Origin: Candidatus Micrarchaeota archaeon
GTDB lineage: Archaea; Micrarchaeota; Micrarchaeia; Anstonellales; Anstonellaceae
Length of the DNA stretch: 40,944 nt
Direction: 5' to 3'
Assembly (NCBI GenBank): GCA_043810635.1
Contig: JBDRNY010000032.1
Span: forward strand, 1 to 40,944
This document shows positions 9,722 through 18,762 of the stretch, one piece after another (within the stretch, counting starts at the first letter, position 1; every line of letters begins with the position of its first letter). The notes beneath the pieces are model-generated. The model was given only the letters and a program-made list of their open reading frames with translations. It did not search any database and was not told the origin of the DNA. The translations under genes and the position numbers were made by a program.

Positions 9722-10585
9722 ATGTATAAACCTAATGTAAAACAAACCCCAATAGTTATTAGTGATAAAACCGGTGTAAAACCGTTTAAACTTGGTAAAA
9801 TAGGCAAGCTTGCTATTGGCACTACTGCTTTCCTTACTTCACTTGTATTGATTGATAGCTGCAGCCCAAAAGTTAGTGAGGAGGACTATCTGAAAAACAA
9901 AGCCATAACCAATTCCACAATAACTGCCCAGCAGAAAACAATAGATTCTCTTAAAAAAGAAGTCAGTGGAATCAGGTCCCTTGCACAAGAAAATTATGAT
10001 GACATAACAAAAATTTACGACCAAATGGAAGAAATCAACAAATTAATTTCCTCCCATGCAGGCAGGCTTAAAAAATTAGGATTTGATACTGACAAGCTTG
10101 CAATTTCAATTGCGTCAACAAACCCCGAACTTGCGCTTGATGGGGTAAAAAGGCGAGCTTTGGAGCAATTTTCATATGATGTTGCAGTGAAAGCGCACAA
10201 TATTTTTGAAGAAATGCTCTCCTCTTCAAATATTGAAACAAAAATAACCCCCAAAGACATATTCAACATTTTCCAGGACAGCTTTTATGCCTATTTTATG
10301 AACGGAAACAACATCGGAAAAAGACTTCAAATAAAATTTTCAGGAAATGCAAAAGAAGTGCGCCTTATTACCAGTTTATTTGAGAAATTGGGATGGGAGT
10401 CCATAGCTCCTCCCGGGCTTCATTTCAACCCTTACACTGGAAATCCAAAAGAGGTAAACTTCAACCTTGTTGAGAAATACGATAAAGCATCAAACGCTGT
10501 AATAAAATATTACGCCAAAAACAAACGAATTCCCGCACTGGAAGAAAATATTGAAGAAAACAATGCCACTACAAAAGGAAATTAA
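9722..10585 (+). CDS. Hypothetical membrane-anchored coiled-coil protein
   Basis: GGAGG RBS and upstream TATA-like box; hydrophobic segment ending LIDSC (possible lipobox), then heptad pattern. Confidence 0.7.
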   Translation: MYKPNVKQTPIVISDKTGVKPFKLGKIGKLAIGTTAFLTSLVLIDSCSPKVSEEDYLKNKAITNSTITAQQKTIDSLKKEVSGIRSLAQENYDDITKIYDQMEEINKLISSHAGRLKKLGFDTDKLAISIASTNPELALDGVKRRALEQFSYDVAVKAHNIFEEMLSSSNIETKITPKDIFNIFQDSFYAYFMNGNNIGKRLQIKFSGNAKEVRLITSLFEKLGWESIAPPGLHFNPYTGNPKEVNFNLVEKYDKASNAVIKYYAKNKRIPALEENIEENNATTKGN

Positions 10586-11706
10586 GGCAAAAATTTCTTA
10601 GCCTCAATTTTCTCTCTCAAATATTCCCCTACAAAAGATAAGCTTGGCCCCTGCAAAGCATCCTGCTCCAGTTTCTTCTTTGTTTTCAATACAACTTTTA
10701 ATTCATCCACCCATTCAGGATGCCTTTTAATCCACTTATAATTCATCATTTCTTCAGCCCTTTTCAAATCCACTTCTTTTGCCTTAATAGTCAATTTCCC
10801 CAAAAATTCATAGTCTTTAATATCCTGCATAGTTACCCCGACAAATTTTGCTTTCGGAGTTGCAATATCATTTGCCAAATAAGCCAAATTCATCGAACCT
10901 GTCTTAATTGTCCAGTAAATATACCATCCCCATGCATCACAGTCTGTAAATACAATTACAGGCAATTTCTTTGCCGACAGCTTTGAAATCAGCCTTCTGC
11001 ACCCGCGGGATGCCTGCCCTTTGGGAGTAATTAAAATGCAATTTTCTTTTTTCCAATACTTATCTTCATTCAACCTCTGCCACATCGCATCTTTCTCCAC
11101 AACCAGCACATATTCCGCATCCAATTCTTCAATTTCCATTCCATTGTCCACATCAGAAGGAACCATCCATCCGCTCCTTCCCTGCTTTCTGCAGTCTATT
11201 TTTGTTTCCTCCCCTCCAAACTTATCCCAAAGTATAAGCGGGCCTGCAACAACTCCCTTTCTGTCAGTATTCAAGTTCAAATCCTCCCTTTTCAAATTTA
11301 ATGCAACTTCCAAATCTTCTATAAGCGGATTTGACTCACTCTGCTCAGAAAACAATTCTTCATCCAAATTTTCCCCCAAAGAAAATTTCAACTGGTAAAA
11401 AAGACCTCTTATTGATGTGTGCGCATCTTCATCAAGAAATTTTTTGCATTTATTTGCAATCGCCACTGTTTGCATAAATTTGCGCGCCTGCCCCACATTT
11501 ACAAAGCTTCTTGTTTCCACCTTATTTCCCAAATGAAGGCAACCCACTTTTTCATCATATTGCACATTGCTTTTGCTTCTCAAAGGGGCCACAAATGAAG
11601 GACTATGCCTTGACTTGATTTCATCAAGCATTTCCTCCCCCATTTTTTCCAATTTCCTTACAACAACAGCAGAATCCTGCTTTCCTTTTTTAGGCATAAA
11701 TACCAC
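10582..11706 (-). CDS. top6A: DNA topoisomerase VI subunit A
   Basis: SIRGLFY catalytic Tyr, EQSES, VVEKDA, PKGQA, TDCDAWG, LEQDAL. Confidence 0.97.
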   Translation of the reverse strand: MVFMPKKGKQDSAVVVRKLEKMGEEMLDEIKSRHSPSFVAPLRSKSNVQYDEKVGCLHLGNKVETRSFVNVGQARKFMQTVAIANKCKKFLDEDAHTSIRGLFYQLKFSLGENLDEELFSEQSESNPLIEDLEVALNLKREDLNLNTDRKGVVAGPLILWDKFGGEETKIDCRKQGRSGWMVPSDVDNGMEIEELDAEYVLVVEKDAMWQRLNEDKYWKKENCILITPKGQASRGCRRLISKLSAKKLPVIVFTDCDAWGWYIYWTIKTGSMNLAYLANDIATPKAKFVGVTMQDIKDYEFLGKLTIKAKEVDLKRAEEMMNYKWIKRHPEWVDELKVVLKTKKKLEQDALQGPSLSFVGEYLREKIEAKKFLP

Positions 11707-13310
11707 TACTCATTCAATATTTTCTTCATATATTTTGTTTCAATCAAATTTTTCAGCTCTTCTGCAATTTTTTCAGATTTCCCTTTTCCTGCCAATTCTG
11801 TCATATCTTTTGATAATTGCCCAACATATCTCAATATTGCCTCCCTTCTTGTTTCCCTCTCCCTTTCCTTATTAATTCCTGAAAGATGCAATTGAAGCCT
11901 TCTTGCCGCTTCCATAACAGAATTTTTAATTTCCTGATAAACTTCCTCTTCATTTGAAATAGCCTGCTTTCCTGCAGACATATAAGGTACATACACCGAA
12001 GCCAAATTTACAAATACTGTAATAGGCTCCTCTTCAAAATCCTTCATTTTATACCTTTTCCAATCAACATCTTTTATTGCCTGGGTAATAGCGCACCCAG
12101 ACGCATCAAAAAGCAATGGCGCCGCATTTGCATACCTAATAATATCCGAGCTTACATTGCCTTTGCCTGCACTTCTTCTTCCTGCCTCCCCTCCCCATGC
12201 AATAGCCGCCTCAACAAGAAAAGGAACTCCTCCTTTGTAAATTTTCGGGGGCCTTTCAGTAACCGCAATAAAATCCGGGGAAATTATGTTTGCAAGAGAA
12301 GTTTGAATCTGCTCAGCCCCTATCGGCCTTATGCAATCAGATGCAGGGGCAATCCATTTTACCATTGAAAATGCATTAATTAAATTTTCAGCTTCTCCCC
12401 ATTCCAGCTCCCTGGGATTTTTTGAAAAATCAAGCACACCAAGCTTTTCATTGCTTCCATCCATCAAATTTTCCAATTCCTTCACTCTTGCACTCGACAC
12501 TCTTTGAAACCTGTTTTGCAAAAGTTGGGACAATTTTTTGTATTTCACTTCCCTGTGCGCCATATCCACAATATCACTAACACCCAGCCCAAGCGGGTGG
12601 GGAAGCACTTCTTTCGGCTTTTTTGGCACAATTTCCGAAGAGCGGGGGTAAGTTGTATTTTCCCCGCTAGGTTCTGTAAACGAAATAGTTACATGCGGGT
12701 TTGCAAGCGCAATCCTTTTCACATATTCAGACGGGCTTTGGGCAGACCTTTCATATTTGCACTCCCCAAACTCTGCTTCAACATACAATCCATGCCTTTT
12801 TTCAGGATTTTCCTCTTCCACCAAATCCTCTATTTTCGGGCTGTTTGTTTTAATATCAACAGTAACACTGCACCTTATTTTTTTTGCATCATATTCTGAT
12901 ATCACTCTTACAGGCTTTCCTGTAGTAATTTGCGCAAACATTGTGCATCCCGCAGCGCCGATTCCCTGCTGCCCCCTCTGCTGGGCATATCTGTGAAATT
13001 TAGTGCCTGCAAGCATCTGCCCAAGCGCTTTTCCCAAATGCTTTTTCGGAATGCCGGGCCCATTATCCTGCACATACACTTTATACCTGTCATTTTTATT
13101 CACTTCCTCAATTCTCACTTCAATTTCAGGCAAAATGCCCGCCTCTTCGCACGCGTCAATGGAATTTGTAATATATTCATGCACAACAGTTGTCAATGAC
13201 CTTACTTTTCCGGAAAAGCCAAGCATCTGCTTATTTTTTTTGAAAAATTCCGCTACAGAATGCTCCTTGAATTTAGTAAATATTTTATCTGTGCTTGTTT
13301 CTGCCATCAA
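11706..13310 (-). CDS. top6B: DNA topoisomerase VI subunit B
   Basis: GHKL motifs HEYITNSIDACE, DNGPGI, QQRGQQGIG; RYANAAPLL; VPYMSAGKQAI. Confidence 0.97.
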   Translation of the reverse strand: MMAETSTDKIFTKFKEHSVAEFFKKNKQMLGFSGKVRSLTTVVHEYITNSIDACEEAGILPEIEVRIEEVNKNDRYKVYVQDNGPGIPKKHLGKALGQMLAGTKFHRYAQQRGQQGIGAAGCTMFAQITTGKPVRVISEYDAKKIRCSVTVDIKTNSPKIEDLVEEENPEKRHGLYVEAEFGECKYERSAQSPSEYVKRIALANPHVTISFTEPSGENTTYPRSSEIVPKKPKEVLPHPLGLGVSDIVDMAHREVKYKKLSQLLQNRFQRVSSARVKELENLMDGSNEKLGVLDFSKNPRELEWGEAENLINAFSMVKWIAPASDCIRPIGAEQIQTSLANIISPDFIAVTERPPKIYKGGVPFLVEAAIAWGGEAGRRSAGKGNVSSDIIRYANAAPLLFDASGCAITQAIKDVDWKRYKMKDFEEEPITVFVNLASVYVPYMSAGKQAISNEEEVYQEIKNSVMEAARRLQLHLSGINKERERETRREAILRYVGQLSKDMTELAGKGKSEKIAEELKNLIETKYMKKILNE

Positions 13311-13368
13311 ATCACTCGAATTATCGGTCGCAATTTCTTTTTACAGATAGAATTTAAGAAGCTATATG

Positions 13369-13932
13369 CTATTTTTTCCACATTTTGCCTGTTCTGCCAG
13401 CCAATTCCTCCCCTTTCCTTCTCCTCTTATTTTTCTCCAAATAAAAATACACTCCTGAATGCGGAGTGCCTTCAGCCAATTTAAACACAGCTGTTGCCGC
13501 AACATCAATAACATCTAATCTTCCTATTATGCCTACAGTATGCCCGTAAATAGCCAAATTACATTCTGCTTCAGATTCAATTATTTCTTTTGCTTTCCCG
13601 TTCTCCCCTATAATCCTTCCCTTCACCCTTGTCATCTGCTTTTTATTTTTTGCATAATCACATAAATCTATCACTTTCAATCCATATTCATCATCTCTTA
13701 ATTTCAATGCAATCCTCGGCTCAAAACCCCTTCCAACAGCTTTTATTACAGGCAATGCAAAAAAAACATTCACAGACTCCCCTTCTATTTCAACATCCCC
13801 TTCCTTATCCACACTAATTTTCAGGTCCAATTTTTCCTCAAGCATTCTAAGGGTTTCGTCTCCCTCCCCTTTCAGCGCTTCCACCCTCTCCCGTGGAATC
13901 CTCACAATTTCAACAATATTTTCTGCATCCAT
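13369..13932 (-). CDS. KH-domain pre-rRNA processing protein (Dim2/Pno1)
   Basis: KAVGRGFEP, RVKGRIIGENGK, GTPHSGVY; conserved position upstream of top6B. Confidence 0.9.
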   Translation of the reverse strand: MDAENIVEIVRIPRERVEALKGEGDETLRMLEEKLDLKISVDKEGDVEIEGESVNVFFALPVIKAVGRGFEPRIALKLRDDEYGLKVIDLCDYAKNKKQMTRVKGRIIGENGKAKEIIESEAECNLAIYGHTVGIIGRLDVIDVAATAVFKLAEGTPHSGVYFYLEKNKRRRKGEELAGRTGKMWKK

Positions 13933-13942
13933 TTTACCATCT

Positions 13943-14034
13943 TTATTTTATTTTCACTGTTTTCTTAAGCCATTTTGCAAGAAAGCAGAATTATTTACTC
14001 TTATTACATATTCCTTATCTGGATAATCTATCAT
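13943..14034 (-). pseudogene. Probable internally deleted Doc/Fic toxin remnant
   Basis: N-terminus MIDYPDKEYVIRVN joined out of frame to C-terminus LAKWLKKTVKIK*; both resemble Doc termini. The HPF.DGN.R core is absent. Confidence 0.4.
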
Positions 14035-14042
14035 GATGAATT

Positions 14043-14132
14043 TCACTGTTTAGACAAAATATCCATTGCCTTTTTGTTTTGCCTGAAAAACTTCTCAAAC
14101 GAACTCCAGAGGTCTTTTTCTTTCTTCCCCAT
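14043..14132 (-). CDS. 29-aa peptide, possible antitoxin-like helix
   Basis: MGKKEKDLWSSFEKFFRQNKKAMDILSKQ; TATA-like AATATATAAA and GTGA upstream; directly precedes the Doc-like remnant. Confidence 0.45.
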   Translation of the reverse strand: MGKKEKDLWSSFEKFFRQNKKAMDILSKQ

Positions 14133-14291
14133 AAATTCACTTTGGCTTTTCTGGTTTATATATTTTAGTCAGAGTCAAGTCACATCCTCATTCAGCATTT
14201 CTGCTGTCAGCAGTCGTATTCTCATCATCTACTTATTTTAATGTTTATACGCAAATATAAACTCTATTGCCTGAAACCAGCCGGCGGTAGA

Positions 14292-14756
14292 ATGGAAAAT
14301 AACGTCTCACCTGAATCTTATACTATAACTGACCTTATTTCTGCAGTACAAGCCATTGAAAAAGAGCTCCCGGAAGACCCGCATCTTGGCACTCTCACCT
14401 CCTTATTGCACGACATAAAGCATAATGACGCTGCCAGCATCCCCCAAAAGCTTGAGGAAATACATGCCTGGAATAATGAATTTAGGAAAATTAAGGCCAG
14501 ATATGTTGTTCAAAATGCAGATCATGCGAATCTATTTGAGCTTTTAAAAAAGGCTGAAGATATTGCAAATAGCCTGAGAAACAGCAACTCAGGGCAACAC
14601 GAATGTTTTGAACTTCTTAGTAATGCATATAATGTGGGCCAGTTTAAATGTTTTGCAAGAATTGAAAACTATTTTCACCTAAGACGCCCTTTTGAGTTGA
14701 GAAATCTTGCCTTAAAAAACAGGGGACTTGAGAAATGGTGCATGCCCCTGCCATAA
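14292..14756 (+). CDS. Hypothetical alpha-helical protein
   Basis: Open frame; ATG 14292 follows GGCGGT and a TATA-like box. No recognisable motif. Confidence 0.65.
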   Translation: MENNVSPESYTITDLISAVQAIEKELPEDPHLGTLTSLLHDIKHNDAASIPQKLEEIHAWNNEFRKIKARYVVQNADHANLFELLKKAEDIANSLRNSNSGQHECFELLSNAYNVGQFKCFARIENYFHLRRPFELRNLALKNRGLEKWCMPLP

Positions 14757-14778
14757 AACAAATTAAAATAAGCTAATT

Positions 14779-14836
14779 TTATTCAAGGGAAATTTTCACA
14801 TGCACAGTATCAGGCACTTTCACTCTTATTATTTGC
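14779..14836 (-). repeat. Displaced copy of rps10 3' end (copy 3)
   Basis: 53/58 identical to 16423-16480; reads QIIRVKVPDTVHVKISLE*. Confidence 0.95.
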
Positions 14837-15277
14837 ATTTTCCCCCACTCTATTTTCCACTATTTTTTTCACAGCCTCCAAAAACTCTCTTGCTGCTTTT
14901 ATTGCCGCAGAAGCGCTTTCTTCCTTTACTTCTTCAACATCTTCAAGATTATACATCAAATCATGCCTTTGCAAGCGGAGCGCATTAAGCTCCCCGATAT
15001 GCCTTTTCTCAATTTTATCCCGGCATTTTTCATTTAAATAAACCCAGATAGCATAATGGCTCCTCTCCTTAAACCCGTCTTTGAAAAGAAATGCGCGTGC
15101 AGAATGAAACATTGAAGTGTATGCGCTGATAAGCGCACTCTCATATATTTTATGCCCAAATTCCTTTTCTGCCAGTGCCAGCTTTCTTCCTCCCATTTTT
15201 ATTGAAGATAATGCTTTTTCCAAATCTGGCTTTACCTTAACCAGCAAGCCCTTATCCAAACATTCTTCAACATTCAC
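14810..15277 (-). CDS. HEPN domain toxin
   Basis: AYTSMFHSARA, ERSH, RHDLMY (Rx4Y); overlaps the MNT stop codon. Confidence 0.9.
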   Translation of the reverse strand: MNVEECLDKGLLVKVKPDLEKALSSIKMGGRKLALAEKEFGHKIYESALISAYTSMFHSARAFLFKDGFKERSHYAIWVYLNEKCRDKIEKRHIGELNALRLQRHDLMYNLEDVEEVKEESASAAIKAAREFLEAVKKIVENRVGENANNKSESA

Positions 15278-15822
15278 AATACCACCGGCCTTTCTCCATA
15301 TAAAACAATTGAATCATATATCACATTTTCATAAAAAACCTTGTCATTTCTTGCCTTTTTCTTCCAATCCTCGATGCCCATTAAAGTAAAATTCGCTTCC
15401 CCTGGAAGCTTCCCCAAAAAATCATAATTTATTTTCATGCGCGCATGGGCTATAACTAACACATCATAATCGCTTTTCTCATCATTAGTGCCCCTTGCCA
15501 TGCTTCCGTAAAGAAGAATAGAATGAATATTTGGAATTTTTTGAATAATATTCTGCACTATCCCTGCCTTTTCAATTTTCTCAATATTAAACAATATTTT
15601 CCACTGCCTGCAAAGCGGGCTGGCAATGTTTGCGCGGTATTGATAAGTTTTTCCGACTTTTTTGAGGGTTGCAATGCCCCCCTTATTCATATATTCAAGC
15701 GCTTTTGATGCCATTGCCGGGCTTATTTTGGAAAATTTTGCAAATTCCCTCACAGAAAAGCTCCTGTTGGGCAAAGAAGTAAGCTTTTCTATTGCTTTTA
15801 CTATTGCATATTGCTCCAGCAT
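15274..15822 (-). CDS. wHTH + minimal nucleotidyltransferase (MNT) antitoxin
   Basis: N-terminal FSVREFAK..ISP wHTH; LYGSMARG..SDYDV nucleotidyltransferase motif. Start may be 15840. Confidence 0.9.
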   Translation of the reverse strand: MLEQYAIVKAIEKLTSLPNRSFSVREFAKFSKISPAMASKALEYMNKGGIATLKKVGKTYQYRANIASPLCRQWKILFNIEKIEKAGIVQNIIQKIPNIHSILLYGSMARGTNDEKSDYDVLVIAHARMKINYDFLGKLPGEANFTLMGIEDWKKKARNDKVFYENVIYDSIVLYGERPVVL

Positions 15823-15840
15823 GTTTAATATATTGAACAT
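15821..15840. promoter_or_regulatory. Imperfect 20-bp palindrome, probable autoregulatory operator of MNT-HEPN
   Basis: ATGTTTAATATATTGAACAT lies between a TATA-like TTTAAATA and the start codon. Confidence 0.55.
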
Positions 15841-15881
15841 ATGTTTATTTAAATATATTGTTTTGATGTTTGTTTAATAAA

Positions 15882-15927
15882 AAAGAAGCTACTCAAGGGA
15901 AATTTTCACATGCACAGTATCAGGCAC
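15882..15927 (-). repeat. Displaced copy of rps10 3' end (copy 2)
   Basis: 45/46 identical to 16416-16461, including the stop codon and the first trailer bases. Confidence 0.95.
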
Positions 15928-15929
15928 TA

Positions 15930-16163
15930 TCATTTGCGTTCTGCTTGTTTCAAAAAATCTTCCAAACTTATTTCACATTCTCGCAATATCGAGCGCAGGA
16001 GGCTGACATCAATTTCCTCGTTTCCATGCATTGGAACAACTGTTCCCTTGCCGGAAGAATTCCTAAGAACAAGATGGCTTCCTTTCTGCCGCACGGGCAT
16101 GAAGCCGAATTTTGCCAAAACTTTTATGAGCAGCTTTGGCTTAAGCGGGCGAAGCCGAGGCAT
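15930..16163 (-). CDS. hicA: HicA toxin
   Basis: FGFMPVRQKGSH..VVPMH..LLRSILRE. Confidence 0.92.
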   Translation of the reverse strand: MPRLRPLKPKLLIKVLAKFGFMPVRQKGSHLVLRNSSGKGTVVPMHGNEEIDVSLLRSILRECEISLEDFLKQAERK

Positions 16164-16374
16164 GCTTATCAAGCGCGACAGTGCGCACGCCCACAAAAGA
16201 GGCTTTTGTTTCGGGCTTCATTCCACATTCCAGGCAAAGTTCAATTGCTTCCTTAACCCTTTCCATAAGCTGGGGCATTGTTTTTGCCTGCGTATGGCAG
16301 CCCCGAATGGAAGGAACATAAGCAATGTAATAGCCGTTCTCCCCCTTCTCAACAACCACAGTATATTTGTCCAT
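16141..16374 (-). CDS. hicB: HicB antitoxin
   Basis: YYIAYVPSIRGCHTQAKT..L.ERVKEAIELCLE. Confidence 0.92.
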   Translation of the reverse strand: MDKYTVVVEKGENGYYIAYVPSIRGCHTQAKTMPQLMERVKEAIELCLECGMKPETKASFVGVRTVALDKHASASPA

Positions 16375-16422
16375 AACCAGATTTGGCTCTTTAGGTTTAT
16401 AAAACAGATATAATTAAAGAAG

Positions 16423-16728
16423 CTACTCAAGGGAAATTTTCACTTGCACAGTATCAGGCACCTTCACTCTCATTATTTGCCTAAGAGTTCTCTCATCTCC
16501 CGCAATATCCACAACTCTTTTATGCAATCTCATTTCCCAATGCTCATAAGTATCCGAACCATCCCCGCAGGGGCTTCTTCTTGTGCTTATTCTAAGCCTC
16601 CTTGTGGGCAAATTAATAGGGCCTGATATTTCCACTCCGGTTATTTTTGCAATTTCCTTAATCTGATTGCACACGTCATCCAGCTCTTCGGGAGTCTTTC
16701 CTATAAGCTTTATTCTTGCTTTACCCAT
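16423..16728 (-). CDS. rps10: 30S ribosomal protein uS10
   Basis: KARIKL, GPINLPT, TRRSPCGDGSDTYEHWEMRLHKR; follows tuf. Confidence 0.97.
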   Translation of the reverse strand: MGKARIKLIGKTPEELDDVCNQIKEIAKITGVEISGPINLPTRRLRISTRRSPCGDGSDTYEHWEMRLHKRVVDIAGDERTLRQIMRVKVPDTVQVKISLE

Positions 16729-16770
16729 CAATTCACCAAATAAATAGAAAAAATAATATATTAAAAAAAA

Positions 16771-18039
16771 TTATTTCTTTGCCTTCACCTCAAGGACAAC
16801 TCCTGCGGCAACAGTCTGCCCCATGTCCCTGATTGCAAACCTTCCAAGAGGCGGGAATTCCGAGAATTTCTCCACCACAACCGGCCTGAGAGGCTTGATT
16901 TTCATGATTGCAACATCCCCTGTTTTTAGAAAATCAGGGTTTTTCTGCAAAGTGCCCCCGGTTTTTGGGTCTTTTTTCTCTAATATTTCAAGCACTGTAC
17001 ATGCAATCTGGGCTGTGTGGATGTGGAAAACAGGGGTATATCCTTTTGCAATTGCAGTTGGATGCTCCAGCACAACAACCTGTGCAGTAAATTCTTCTGC
17101 AACTGTTGCAGGCGCATCAGCAGGGCCAACCACTTCCCCTCTCCTAATATCTTTCTTATCCACTCCTTTCACATTAAAGCCAACATTATCCCCGGGCACT
17201 GCTTCTTTCAGTTCCTGGTGGTGCATCTCAATTTTCTTTACTTCTGCTTTTGCACCGGATGGCATAAATGAAACCATCATCCCAGGCTTTAGGATTCCAG
17301 TCTCAATTCTTCCTACCGGAACAGTTCCATGCCCTGTAATTGTAAATACATCCTGCACAGGCATTCTCAGCGGCTTGTCCGTCGGCTTTTTTGGCACTGT
17401 AAATTTGTCAAAGCATTCAAGCAAAGTCGGTCCTTTGTACCATTCCATTTTTTCAGACTTTTTGTTTATATTGTCCCCGCCAAAAGCAGAGTATGGAACA
17501 AATGGGATTTCATCAACTTTGTATCCAATATTTTTAAGCAAGCTTTTCATATTCTGCTTCACTTCCTCGTATTTTACCCTGTCAAAATTAACTGAATCCA
17601 TCTTGTTTATTCCGATAATAAACTGCTGGATGCCCAGCACTTTTGCCAAAAATGCATGCTCTTTTGTTTGGGGCTGCACGCCTTCTTTTGCAGAACATAC
17701 CAATACTGCGGCATCTGCCTGGGATGCGCCGGTAATCATGTTTTTTACAAAGTCCCTGTGCCCCGGAGCATCAATAATTGTAAAGTAATATTTGTTTGTC
17801 ATAAATTCCTTGTGGGAAAGGTCAATTGTAAGCCCCCTTTCCCTCTCCTCTTTAAGAGTATCCATGGTAAATGCAAATTCAAAAGTTGCTTTTCCAACTT
17901 TTTCAGCTTCCTCTTTCAATTTCCTAAGCTGCTGCTCTGTCAGCGCCCCTGTTTCATAAAGTATCCTTCCTACGGTTGTTGATTTTCCATGGTCAACATG
18001 CCCTATAAATATCAAATTCAGGTGTTCTTTTTCTGCCAT
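16771..18039 (-). CDS. tuf: Translation elongation factor EF-1 alpha
   Basis: [54 protein letters not shown]. Confidence 0.98.
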   Translation of the reverse strand: MAEKEHLNLIFIGHVDHGKSTTVGRILYETGALTEQQLRKLKEEAEKVGKATFEFAFTMDTLKEERERGLTIDLSHKEFMTNKYYFTIIDAPGHRDFVKNMITGASQADAAVLVCSAKEGVQPQTKEHAFLAKVLGIQQFIIGINKMDSVNFDRVKYEEVKQNMKSLLKNIGYKVDEIPFVPYSAFGGDNINKKSEKMEWYKGPTLLECFDKFTVPKKPTDKPLRMPVQDVFTITGHGTVPVGRIETGILKPGMMVSFMPSGAKAEVKKIEMHHQELKEAVPGDNVGFNVKGVDKKDIRRGEVVGPADAPATVAEEFTAQVVVLEHPTAIAKGYTPVFHIHTAQIACTVLEILEKKDPKTGGTLQKNPDFLKTGDVAIMKIKPLRPVVVEKFSEFPPLGRFAIRDMGQTVAAGVVLEVKAKK

Positions 18040-18067
18040 TTTATTACCTCCCATTTGAATGCTGTTT

Positions 18068-18108
18068 GCTTACCCTTGCTGCATCATATCGCAGCGCTTC
18101 AGGTAAGC
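18068..18108 (-). promoter_or_regulatory. Stem-loop in predicted 5' leader of tuf-rps10
   Basis: GCTTACC/GGTAAGC outer stem and GCTGC/GCAGC inner stem, between TATA-like TTTATAAA (18137-18144) and the RBS. Confidence 0.5.
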
Positions 18109-18238
18109 CGAAGTAAAATATTTATGGTGTTCTTGTTTATAAATATATTGCCGAAGTTGGCTTCTCTGCCACACCTACTTTTTCTTCTTTTTCTTCCCGT
18201 CAGCTTATCCGGCGTTCCGGATAAGTCCGGCAAAAAGC

Positions 18239-18700
18239 TTATTTCTTCTTCTTTTTGCCGTAATTGCCCCTCGGCTTCGGTATTTTCAGCTTGGGATACA
18301 CTTTCTGCAATATTTCCCCTGTAGGATAGGGCGAATACCCCAATTTCTCATTTAAGCATTTTACAAAATACTGTTCAGCCAATGGGTAATGCTGCGGAGT
18401 TTTGCATGCAGGCAATAGCTTTCCCTTCAATTCCCCAGGCTTAATTCCTTTCAATATTTCAGCCAAATTAGCAAACCCTTTCCTCGCCCCCCCGGCATAT
18501 TCCCCCGCAATTTCTTCAACTTTTTCAGTATTTATTTCAGCATAAGAAAAAGATTTTTCATTCGCTCCTTTTTGAATTTGTGACAAAATAAGCGAAATAT
18601 CCTCGCTTTTAGCATACTCGTCAATAAGCAGCTTTTTTATCGAAATCCATTGCTTGTGCTTTGCAATAAACACTATTTGGTCTTTTTCCATATCAAACAT
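18239..18700 (-). CDS. DUF2666-like archaeal protein
   Basis: DQIVFIAKHKQWISIKKLLIDE and C-terminal YPKLKIPKPRG. Confidence 0.75.
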   Translation of the reverse strand: MFDMEKDQIVFIAKHKQWISIKKLLIDEYAKSEDISLILSQIQKGANEKSFSYAEINTEKVEEIAGEYAGGARKGFANLAEILKGIKPGELKGKLLPACKTPQHYPLAEQYFVKCLNEKLGYSPYPTGEILQKVYPKLKIPKPRGNYGKKKKK

Positions 18701-18762
18701 AGTTTCTACCCCGCATTTGTTGGTGCATCAAATCTATTTTTGCCAATATATATAACTTGCGC

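Noticed and set aside
14779..16480. rps10-tail repeats read as a CRISPR array or integron attC sites
   Set aside because: The intervals are 0.5-1.1 kb and gene-containing, the repeats are ribosomal coding sequence without attC-like dyad structure, and no cas or intI gene is present.
16823..17788. Long antisense ORFs (321 aa opposite tuf, 274 aa opposite mtnN-apt, 210 aa opposite pfk and others)
   Set aside because: They lie opposite well-supported genes, have Ser/Phe-rich shadow composition and show no motifs.
18204..18225. Resemblance of CTTATCCGG/CCGGATAAG to enterobacterial REP sequences
   Set aside because: A 9-bp match, single copy in the window, with no associated transposase; treated as a generic hairpin.
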